A DNA stretch of 64,000 nt from an uncultured Candidatus Binatia bacterium. GTDB lineage: Bacteria; Desulfobacterota; Binatia; UBA9968; JAJDTQ01. This document shows positions 40,982 to 48,695 of the stretch, in pieces. Where the stretch lies: assembly GCA_965242525.1 (NCBI GenBank), contig OZ251459.1:1568001-1632000 (forward strand). The letters are read 5' to 3'. Under the pieces are notes generated by a model. That model made no database searches. It had not been told where the DNA came from and saw nothing but the letters and a program-made list of their open reading frames with translations. Made by a program: the position numbers and the translations under genes. Within the stretch, counting starts at the first letter, position 1, and each line of letters starts with the position of its first letter.

Positions 40982-42001
40982 CTACATGGCGCGCTTCGGG
41001 AAGAGCTTCGGCAGGAACTCGTTGGTATAGACATCCTCCACCGCGGTCTTGGCCGGAAGCTTCATGTGCCTGGTGATGAGGTCGTTGGTGAACACCATGC
41101 GGTTCTTCCTCATGTGGCCGATGCCGTCCTTCAGCGCCTCCGCGGACAGGAGCGAGTCCACCGCGATGTCGAAGTGCGCCCGCGCCAGGTCCGGGCTGAT
41201 GGCGGGGTTGTGCTTGAGGAAGATGTCCACGGCTTCCTGCGGGTTCTCCACCGACCAGGCGATGCCCTTGTAGGTGGCGGCCAGGAACCGCCTCACCAGG
41301 TCGGGCCTCTCCTTCGAGGTCTTGCCGGACACCATCAGGCCGTTGCCGTAGGTGCTCATGCCGTAGTCCGCGTACAGCATGTACACGGGCTTCTTGCCCA
41401 CAGTGGCGGAGGCTTTGTCCACCGTCGGCTTCTCCGTGTAGAAGATCAGGATGGCGTCCACCCGGCCGGCCATGAGGCTCGGGGTGGTGGCGGGCACCGT
41501 CATGTTCACCCACGTGACCTTGTTGTGGTCGAACTCGTTGATGCTCGCGAAGGCCGGGAAGATGACGCGGGAGGCGTTGGCCTCGGGGGAGCCGATGCGC
41601 TTGCCTTCCAGGTCCGACGGCTTGGAGATCTTGTTGGCCGCCAGCGTGGCCACGGTCTCCAGGGTCTTGTCGTGGATCATCCCGACCATCCTGAGGTCGG
41701 CGCCCCGGGACTTGGCCGCGATCATGTTCCCCACGGACGCGAAGCCGAAGTCCTCGGTGCCCGAGGCCACCCGCTTCACCGTGTCGCCGGAGCCGAAACC
41801 GCGGGTCATGGCCACGTCGAGCCCGGCCTCCTTCCAGAACCCCTTGTCGATGCTGGCGTAGAACATGGCGTGCTTGCCGTAAGGGATCCAGTCCAGGGCG
41901 AACTTCACCTTGTCCTGGGCCGACGCTCCGCCGACCCACGCCCAAGACAGCAGCAGGGCTGCGAGCACGACACGCAACGATACCTTGTGGATGCGCTTCA
42001 T
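40982..42001 (-). CDS. ABC transporter substrate-binding protein (NMT1/THI5-like)
   Basis: Signal peptide, LDWIPYGKH, GFWKEAGLDV, DLEGKRIG, YGNGL. Confidence 0.88.
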   Translation of the reverse strand: MKRIHKVSLRVVLAALLLSWAWVGGASAQDKVKFALDWIPYGKHAMFYASIDKGFWKEAGLDVAMTRGFGSGDTVKRVASGTEDFGFASVGNMIAAKSRGADLRMVGMIHDKTLETVATLAANKISKPSDLEGKRIGSPEANASRVIFPAFASINEFDHNKVTWVNMTVPATTPSLMAGRVDAILIFYTEKPTVDKASATVGKKPVYMLYADYGMSTYGNGLMVSGKTSKERPDLVRRFLAATYKGIAWSVENPQEAVDIFLKHNPAISPDLARAHFDIAVDSLLSAEALKDGIGHMRKNRMVFTNDLITRHMKLPAKTAVEDVYTNEFLPKLFPKRAM

Positions 42002-42089
42002 TTCCGTACCTCCGAAAGTTTTCGTGACAACCCCTATATCGAAAGAACCGCGCCCGCGCAACGCGCTTCCCCGCGCCGGGCCGCCGCTC

Positions 42090-42863
42090 CTACAGGTATT
42101 GCAGCCCGATGGTCTTGCCCACCTGCCGCACGCATTCGGTGAACTCCGCGGACAACCGCATCTCCGGCGTCCGGGGCCGCGGCAGCCCGATCTCGATGAT
42201 GTCGGTGATGTGGCCCGGCCGGGGCGTCATGACCATCACCCGGTCGGCCAGGAACACCGCTTCCGGTATGCTGTGGGTGATCAGCAGGCTGGTCTTCTTC
42301 TTCTCGCTCCAGATGCGCTGCAGCTCCATGTTCATCTCGCCCCGGGTCATGGCGTCGAGGGCGCCGAAGGGCTCGTCGAGCAGGAGCAGCGAAGGCTCGT
42401 GCACCAGCGCCCGGCTGATGGAGACCCGCTGCTGCATGCCGCCGGACAACTCCCGCGGGAACTTCTCCCTGAACTCCGAGAGGCCGGTCAACTCCAGCAT
42501 CTCCAGCGCCTTGGGATAGTACTCGGCCTTGGACAGCCCCAGGATCTCCACCGGCAGCATCACGTTGTCCATGACCGTGCGCCACTGGAACAGCACCGGC
42601 GTCTGGAACACGATCCCGGTGCTGGCCTTCGGTCCGGTCACCGGGGCGCCGTTCACCAGCACCTCGCCCGCGGTCTTGTCCAGCAGGCCGGCGATGATCT
42701 TCATGATCGTGGTCTTGCCGCAGCCGCTGTGCCCCACCAGCGACACGAACTCCTGCTCGTGGACGTCGAAGGTGGCGTCCTCCAACGCGACGATGGGCGC
42801 GTCCTTGGAGGGATACACCTTGGTGAGCTGCCTGACCTCGATGGCTTTCCCGGCTTCCGTCAT
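42090..42863 (-). CDS. ABC transporter ATP-binding protein (nitrate/sulfonate/taurine type)
   Basis: GHSGCGKTT, LSGGMQQR, LLDEPFGALD, ITHSIPEAVFLADR. Confidence 0.93.
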   Translation of the reverse strand: MTEAGKAIEVRQLTKVYPSKDAPIVALEDATFDVHEQEFVSLVGHSGCGKTTIMKIIAGLLDKTAGEVLVNGAPVTGPKASTGIVFQTPVLFQWRTVMDNVMLPVEILGLSKAEYYPKALEMLELTGLSEFREKFPRELSGGMQQRVSISRALVHEPSLLLLDEPFGALDAMTRGEMNMELQRIWSEKKKTSLLITHSIPEAVFLADRVMVMTPRPGHITDIIEIGLPRPRTPEMRLSAEFTECVRQVGKTIGLQYL

Positions 42864-42917
42864 CCGATACCGTCCCGGTCCGTTGCGCCGACTCCCGCTG
42901 GCCCGAGCCGCCCGCGG

Positions 42918-43700
42918 CTACATGCCGAAGCCCGAGGGCTGGTCTTCCTCCCCGATGCTCCACGGGATCAACCAGAGCTCCAGCAGCACCAGGACGCCGT
43001 AGAGGACCAGGCCCAGGACCGACAGCACGATGAGGGCGGCGAACATGAACGGCGTGTTGACCTCGTAGTTGGAAACCATGACCAGGTACCCGAGGCCGGT
43101 GTTGCCGCCCACGAACTCCCCGATGATGGCGCCAATGACCGCCAGCGTGATGGCGATCTTCAGGCCGCCGAAGAAGTGCGGGAGAGCGTTGGGCAGGCGG
43201 ACCTTGGTGAAGACCTGCCAGTCCGTGGCCTGCAGCGACTTCACCAGGTCGAGCATCTCGGGCTGCACCATGCGCATGCCGCTGACCGTGGTGACGATGA
43301 TGGGGAACCAGGACACCAGGAACGCGATGAGCACCTTGGAGATCTCGCCGTACCCCACCCACACCAGCAGCAGCGGCGCGATGGCCACCTTGGGGACGAT
43401 CTGGGCCACCAGGATGAGCGGATAGAGCAGGTTCTGGAGCAGCCGGGAATAGACGATCATGATGGCCGAGACCACCCCCAGCACCAGCCCCATCAGGAAC
43501 CCGTACACGGTTTCCCGGAAGGTCACCAGGGAGTGCTCCAGGAGCGGGCCGATGCGAAGGAACAGCGTCGCGATCACCTTGGACGGCGCGGGCAGGAGGA
43601 ACTCGGAAACGGAGAACAGCCACACCGACAGCTCCCACAGCACGGTGAAGAGCGCGAGGCTGAAGGCGATGGTGCCGAGCTCCTTGAAACGTTCGACCAT
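42918..43700 (-). CDS. ABC transporter permease (SsuC/TauC type)
   Basis: LPAPS, QIVPKVAIAPLL, KVRLPNALP, AVIGAIIGEF. Confidence 0.92.
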   Translation of the reverse strand: MVERFKELGTIAFSLALFTVLWELSVWLFSVSEFLLPAPSKVIATLFLRIGPLLEHSLVTFRETVYGFLMGLVLGVVSAIMIVYSRLLQNLLYPLILVAQIVPKVAIAPLLLVWVGYGEISKVLIAFLVSWFPIIVTTVSGMRMVQPEMLDLVKSLQATDWQVFTKVRLPNALPHFFGGLKIAITLAVIGAIIGEFVGGNTGLGYLVMVSNYEVNTPFMFAALIVLSVLGLVLYGVLVLLELWLIPWSIGEEDQPSGFGM

Positions 43701-43889
43701 TCGTTCCCCTCGTCCGGCAGGCGGTCCGGGGAGTCGGCGCGAGCGGGCCGGAGGGAGGCCCCTGCCGCCTCCCGCGGCGCGCCCGGACGGGTCCCGATCC
43801 AGCCCGCTTCATACCACAAGTTCCGGCGCAAGGAACCCCGGAACGGAACTTTTTGCGCGGGCGGCCGGGGCCACGGCCAAGGCGGCCGA

Positions 43890-44894
43890 TCAGCGGTCCG
43901 AAGGGGGCCGCGCGCTGTCCGGGTCGGCGCTCGACCGGACCAGGGCCTCGACGCAAGAAGCGGTGTCGAGCATGGCGCACCCGAACCCGACGCTGGGTGG
44001 CGCCGGCGGCAGGGGTCCCTGCCAGTAGCGGTGCTGCGGCCAGCTTCCGTCGGAGCGTTGCCGGCCCAGGATCCGCTCCAGCGTGGCCCACAGCTCTTCG
44101 CCCTCCGGCGGGGCGCCCAGCACGTGCAGCGCGGAAAGGGCGCGGGCGGTGCGGAGGGTGTCGCCGTAGCCGCCGTCCGCGCCGCGGCGGGCGCGGATCC
44201 GGTCCGCGAGCCGGTCGCCCATGTCCCGGAACGCGGGCACGCCCCGCTGCCGGGCGCGGGCCACCGCGTCGTAGAGGTCCATGGCGTCGGGGTAGTAATG
44301 GGACGTCCCCTCGAAGTTCCCCTCGGTGACCAGGCCGGCGAGCCACGCCGCGGCCTGCGCGCCCAACTCGTTCCGGCCCTGTATGGCGAGGTAGCCCACC
44401 ACGTTGGCGTTCACCACGCTGTCCGGGACGTTGCCTTCGCCGGGCGGGGCGAGCCAGGTCCGGAACCTTCCCCTGTCGTCCCGGGCCGCGGACACGAGTC
44501 CCAAGTTCTGTCCGAACAGCACCCAGGGGTGCCACAGGATCGCCAGGGAGCAGACGCTGAGGCTGTCCAGGTCCCGCGGAAGCCGCGGCCAGTAGCGCCA
44601 CGCGCCCGGATGGCTCATGGACCGGACGATGAACTCCCCGGACCGGTCCCGGACCGCCCGGGAGCGGGGGTCGTCGCAGACCTCCAGGGTGAGCGCGCCG
44701 AGAGCGGCCACGAAGGGGGGATGCTCCTCGTTGGACGGGCCTTGGAGGTCCAGGCTCGGGTAGCTCCACGAGGTCCATGCCCCGTCGCCGCGGATGGAGG
44801 CATGGAGGAAACCGAGGCCCCGGTCCACCGCGCCGCGCACCGCCTCCCGGAGGTGCGCCGGGACGGCGCCGTCGTTGTAGGATGAATGCTGCAT
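43890..44894 (-). CDS. Prenyltransferase/squalene-oxidase-repeat protein; putative stand-alone class II terpene cyclase of the NHLP cluster
   Basis: QW-like repeats GLGFL...RGDGAW and LGRQRSDGSW, DxDD-like PRDLDS, DSVVNANVVGYL. Confidence 0.7.
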   Translation of the reverse strand: MQHSSYNDGAVPAHLREAVRGAVDRGLGFLHASIRGDGAWTSWSYPSLDLQGPSNEEHPPFVAALGALTLEVCDDPRSRAVRDRSGEFIVRSMSHPGAWRYWPRLPRDLDSLSVCSLAILWHPWVLFGQNLGLVSAARDDRGRFRTWLAPPGEGNVPDSVVNANVVGYLAIQGRNELGAQAAAWLAGLVTEGNFEGTSHYYPDAMDLYDAVARARQRGVPAFRDMGDRLADRIRARRGADGGYGDTLRTARALSALHVLGAPPEGEELWATLERILGRQRSDGSWPQHRYWQGPLPPAPPSVGFGCAMLDTASCVEALVRSSADPDSARPPSDR

Positions 44895-44924
44895 TGCAAG
44901 AGTTCCCTCTCCCTGTGGGGGCGC

Positions 44925-45270
44925 TTCAGGAATTCGTGTGGGTTGCGACACTTCCCATCCCGTCATCCCCGCGAAAGCCCCGTCTCGTCATTCCCGCGAA
45001 AGCGGGAATCCATCCACTTTCCTCGCTCTTGTTGTAAAAACCTCTCATACAGGGCGCTATGGGGTTTGCTCGCAGGGTCTGGATTCCCGCCCCCGCTTCC
45101 GCGAGGACATGCTTTCGCGGGAATGACGGCGTGGGCGTCTGTGGAGCAATGACGGCGTGCCCCCTGTCGCTCCCCCTTTCCCTCTTGCCTTGCCCACACG
45201 AAAGCCGGAAGAGCCCCCTATGGGAAAGCGCGTCCTTCGACTTCGCTTCGCTCAGGACGAACGGGGTTCG
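44925..45270. repeat. Composite family B palindromic element plus family A repeat
   Basis: TTCAGGAATTCGTGTGG flank shared with 3541; GTCATTCCCGCGAAAGC / GCTTTCGCGGGAATGAC arms. Confidence 0.8.
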
Positions 45271-45325
45271 TAGTTCAGGGTTTCCAAATCCGGCTTTATC
45301 CAGTATAGTATAAAGGCATAATTTC

Positions 45326-45451
45326 GTCAGGCCCGTCAGGCCCGTCAGGCCCGTCAGGCCCGTCAGGCCCGTCAGGCCCGTCAGGCCCGTCAGGCCCGTC
45401 AGGCCCGTCAGGCCCGTCAGGCCCGTCAGGCCCGTCAGGCCCGTCAGGCCC
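45326..45451 (+). repeat. Perfect tandem repeat (GTCAGGCCC)x14
   Basis: 126 bp, 14 identical 9-mers counted directly. Confidence 0.97.
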
Positions 45452-45538
45452 GGTCTTCCGGCCGTGGTGGCGTCCCGCCCGGTCGGAACCCGGGCGCGCG
45501 CCTCCGGCGCCGGCGGGCATCCCGGAGCATTGACGCAC

Positions 45539-46441
45539 GTGTCCCTGTTCTACAACAAACTTTTCCGGGAGGAAGCCGTCGCCCGTCGGGCGAGCGGGGA
45601 CCCACTGGACGAACGGCTCCAGGTCACGGCCCGGCACGAGTGGATGGTGCTGGCGGGGCTCGGCTTGGCGCTCCTGCTGCTGCTCGTCTGGGGGGTCTTC
45701 GGAAGCGTGGAGCGCAGCCTTTCGGTCAAGGCCGTGCTGGTCCAGCCGGGCGAGCGCTACGCGGTGCTGTCACCCGTGTCCGGCAACGTGGTCGAACTCC
45801 TGGCCGAGGTCGGAGACACCCTCCAGGCCGGACAGGGCATCGCCCGGGTCCGTCTCCCGGAAGCCGAGCGCCAAGTCCGGATCACCCGGAGGATCCTGGA
45901 CGCCGTCCGGGACGGGACGGGAGGCGCCGCAACCGCCGAGATCCGGGCGGCGCTGCTCACCGCGGCGCGGGCCGAGGTCGAAGCCGTCGAGTCCCGCGCC
46001 GCGGAATCCATCGTGGCCCGGCGCGAGGGCCGGCTCGTGGCGCATCGCCTGGTCCCGGGCCAGCCGGTGCGCACCGGCGAGACCGTGGCCCAGGTCCGGG
46101 GCAGTTCCGATGAGCCGTGGCAGGCGCTGGCCTTCGTGTCGGCGCGGGACGCCGGGAAACTCGAAGCGGGCATGGAGGCGGAGGTGCGGGTGGCGCTGCC
46201 CGGGCGGCCGGGGACCAGCCGGTTGGAAGCCCGGGTCCTGGAGGTGTCGCCCCGGACCGTGGCCGCCCCGCAATGGCTTGCGGACCTGGGCCTTGCCGCG
46301 CCCGCGCCGGCGCACCTGCTGCGGCTGGTCCTGAGCGACCGGCCGCGCCTGCCGCTCGCCGACGGCGCCGGCGGACACGTGCGGATCGTGCTGGGGAACC
46401 GGTCCCCTGCGGCCCTGCTGCTGGCCAACACCGACCTCTGA
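45539..46441 (+). CDS. NHLP bacteriocin-system secretion protein (HlyD-family adaptor)
   Basis: LFREEA...PLDERLQV, one TM helix, biotinyl/lipoyl-like SPVSG.V.ELL.EVGD. First gene of the exporter operon; GTG start inferred. Confidence 0.85.
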   Translation: MSLFYNKLFREEAVARRASGDPLDERLQVTARHEWMVLAGLGLALLLLLVWGVFGSVERSLSVKAVLVQPGERYAVLSPVSGNVVELLAEVGDTLQAGQGIARVRLPEAERQVRITRRILDAVRDGTGGAATAEIRAALLTAARAEVEAVESRAAESIVARREGRLVAHRLVPGQPVRTGETVAQVRGSSDEPWQALAFVSARDAGKLEAGMEAEVRVALPGRPGTSRLEARVLEVSPRTVAAPQWLADLGLAAPAPAHLLRLVLSDRPRLPLADGAGGHVRIVLGNRSPAALLLANTDL

Positions 46442-46481
46442 TGCCTGCCGCGGTCTCGAACACCTGGGAGGAAACGCCGGC

Positions 46482-48695
46482 TTGAACGCGACGCCGAAGC
46501 GAGGGCGCGCTGCGCCGGAGCGGCGCCGGGCGCGCACGCCCCTGATGCTGCAACTCACCGAGACCGAGTGCGGGGCGGTGTGCCTCGGCATCGTGCTTGC
46601 GCACTTCGGGCGCTGGGTATCCGTCGAGGAGTTGCGGGAAACCTGCTCGGTGGGCCGGGACGGGTGCTCCGCGGCCGACATCTTCCGCGCGGCGCAGCGG
46701 TACGGCCTGGAGGCCCAGGGATGGCGCAGGCAGCCGAAGCACCTCCGCGGCATGCCGTTGCCCATGATCATCTTCTGGGAGTTCAACCATTTCGTGGTGC
46801 TGGAAGGCTTCCGCGGGGACCGGTTCCTGATCAACGACCCGGGCAGCGGCCACCGGACGGTCAGCGCGGAAGAGTTCGACCGGGCGTTCACGGGCGTGAC
46901 GCTGACGCTCCGACCGAAGCCCGAGTTCCGTCCGGGCGGCGTCCGCCCCGGTCTCCTGCACCGGATCCTGCCGTGGCTGCGCGACGTGAAGGAGCCGCTC
47001 GCGTTCGCCATGTGCTGCGGGCTGCTGCTGACCCTGCCCTCCCTCGCCATGCCGTTCCTGGTGGGCCTGTTCGTGGACTTCGTGCTGTCCGGGCGCGAAC
47101 CGTCCTGGAGCGCGGCGCTGACCGGGAGCCTCGTGGGGGCCGCGGCCCTGCTCTACCTCCTGACTTGGCTCCGGGAACGCTGCCTCCGGCTGCTCTCCGT
47201 GCGCCTCGCCATCGACCACGGCGCGCGCTTCATGGAGCGGCTGTTCCGGCTTCCCATGGGGTTCTTCACCCACCGGCTGTCCGGCGACCTGACCTCCCGG
47301 ATACAGCTCCTCGACACGGTCTCGAACGTGGCCGCGCACCACCTGGCCGGCATCTCCATCGAGATCGTCACCAGCATGGCGTTCCTTGGGCTCATGCTGG
47401 CGTACGACCCGCTGCTCTGCGCCGTGGTGGTGGGACTGGGCGCGCTCAGCGCGGTGGCCATGCGCGTCCTGGCCCGGGTCCGGGTGGACGAGAACCGCAG
47501 GCTCAGGCGCGAGCAGGGCATGCTGTACGGCATCGGCATGTTCGGGGCCGGCAAGATCGACGCCTTGCAGGCGTCCGCCGCGGAGGACGACTTCTTCTCC
47601 CGCTGGACGGGATACCAGGCGCGGGAACTGGCCGCCCGGCAACGGTTCACCGAGCTCGGCCACCTCAACGCGGCCCTGCCCCTGCTGTTCCTGATCGCGG
47701 GCAACGCCGCGGTGCTGGGCATCGGCGGCTGGCGGGTGATGGCGGGCGACCTGACGGTGGGCATGCTGACGGCCTTCTACATGGCGGCGGTGAACTTCCT
47801 GCAGCCCATAGGACGGTTCATCCAGTTCGCCGACATGTTCCAGATGCTGGAGGCGGACCTGCAGCGCCTCGACGACGTGTTCGACGCGTCCGAGGACCGC
47901 ACCTTCCATCCGGCGGCGCCCTCTCCCCAGGGGGAGGAGGGGGAAGTCTCGACGTTGGCCGGGCGGCTGCGTCTGAAAGGCCGGGTCGAGCTGCGCAACG
48001 TCACCTTCGGCTACCAGAAGAACCGCGAACCCCTGATCGAGGACTTCAACCTGACCATCGAGCCGGGCCAGCGCGTGGCCGTGGTCGGCCCCAGCGGCTC
48101 CGGCAAGTCCACGCTCTCGGCGCTGGTGGCCGGCCTCCAGCAACCGTGGTCCGGGGAGATCCTCATCGACAGGCACCCGCGCAGCGCCATCCCGCGGGAG
48201 GTGCTGACCAGTTCCGTGTCCCTCGTGGACCAGCACATCTTCCTGTTCGGGGGCACCGTGCGCGAGAACCTGACCATGTGGATCCCCGAGGTGCCGGACC
48301 AGATCCTGGTGGCGGCCGCCCAGGACGCGGCCATCCACGCGGAGATCATCTCCCGGCCCCTGGGGTACGACGCGCCGGTGGACGAGGGAGGACGCAACTT
48401 CAGCGGCGGCCAGCGGCAGCGGCTGGAGATCGCCCGGGCCCTGGTCAACAACCCGTCGGTCCTGATCCTGGACGAGGCCACCTGCTCCCTCGACACCATC
48501 ACCGAGGTGCGCATCGACGACGCCCTGCGGCGCCGGGGATGCACCTGCCTCATCGTGGCCCATCGGCTGAGCACCATCCGTGACTGCGACCTGATCGTGG
48601 TCCTCGACCAAGGGCGCGAGGTGCAGCGCGGCGCCCACGAGGAGTTGATGCGGGACACGGACGGACTGTACCGCCAACTCGTGGAGTCGTCTTGA
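46482..48695 (+). CDS. NHLP bacteriocin export ABC transporter, C39 peptidase/permease/ATPase subunit
   Basis: RTPLMLQLTETECGAVCL (catalytic Cys), FWEFNHFVV, INDP, GPSGSGKST, FSGGQRQRLEIARAL, LRRRGCTCLIVAHRLSTIRDCD. Confidence 0.95.
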   Translation: MNATPKRGRAAPERRRARTPLMLQLTETECGAVCLGIVLAHFGRWVSVEELRETCSVGRDGCSAADIFRAAQRYGLEAQGWRRQPKHLRGMPLPMIIFWEFNHFVVLEGFRGDRFLINDPGSGHRTVSAEEFDRAFTGVTLTLRPKPEFRPGGVRPGLLHRILPWLRDVKEPLAFAMCCGLLLTLPSLAMPFLVGLFVDFVLSGREPSWSAALTGSLVGAAALLYLLTWLRERCLRLLSVRLAIDHGARFMERLFRLPMGFFTHRLSGDLTSRIQLLDTVSNVAAHHLAGISIEIVTSMAFLGLMLAYDPLLCAVVVGLGALSAVAMRVLARVRVDENRRLRREQGMLYGIGMFGAGKIDALQASAAEDDFFSRWTGYQARELAARQRFTELGHLNAALPLLFLIAGNAAVLGIGGWRVMAGDLTVGMLTAFYMAAVNFLQPIGRFIQFADMFQMLEADLQRLDDVFDASEDRTFHPAAPSPQGEEGEVSTLAGRLRLKGRVELRNVTFGYQKNREPLIEDFNLTIEPGQRVAVVGPSGSGKSTLSALVAGLQQPWSGEILIDRHPRSAIPREVLTSSVSLVDQHIFLFGGTVRENLTMWIPEVPDQILVAAAQDAAIHAEIISRPLGYDAPVDEGGRNFSGGQRQRLEIARALVNNPSVLILDEATCSLDTITEVRIDDALRRRGCTCLIVAHRLSTIRDCDLIVVLDQGREVQRGAHEELMRDTDGLYRQLVESS

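Noticed and set aside
45326-45451. Possible CRISPR array
   Set aside because: The 9-bp units are contiguous with no spacers, and there are no cas genes in the window.
45296-45637. Collagen-like (GPD)n ORF on the minus strand
   Set aside because: It arises from a perfect 9-bp DNA repeat with no synonymous variation and overlaps the HlyD gene antisense, so it is treated as a VNTR rather than a gene.
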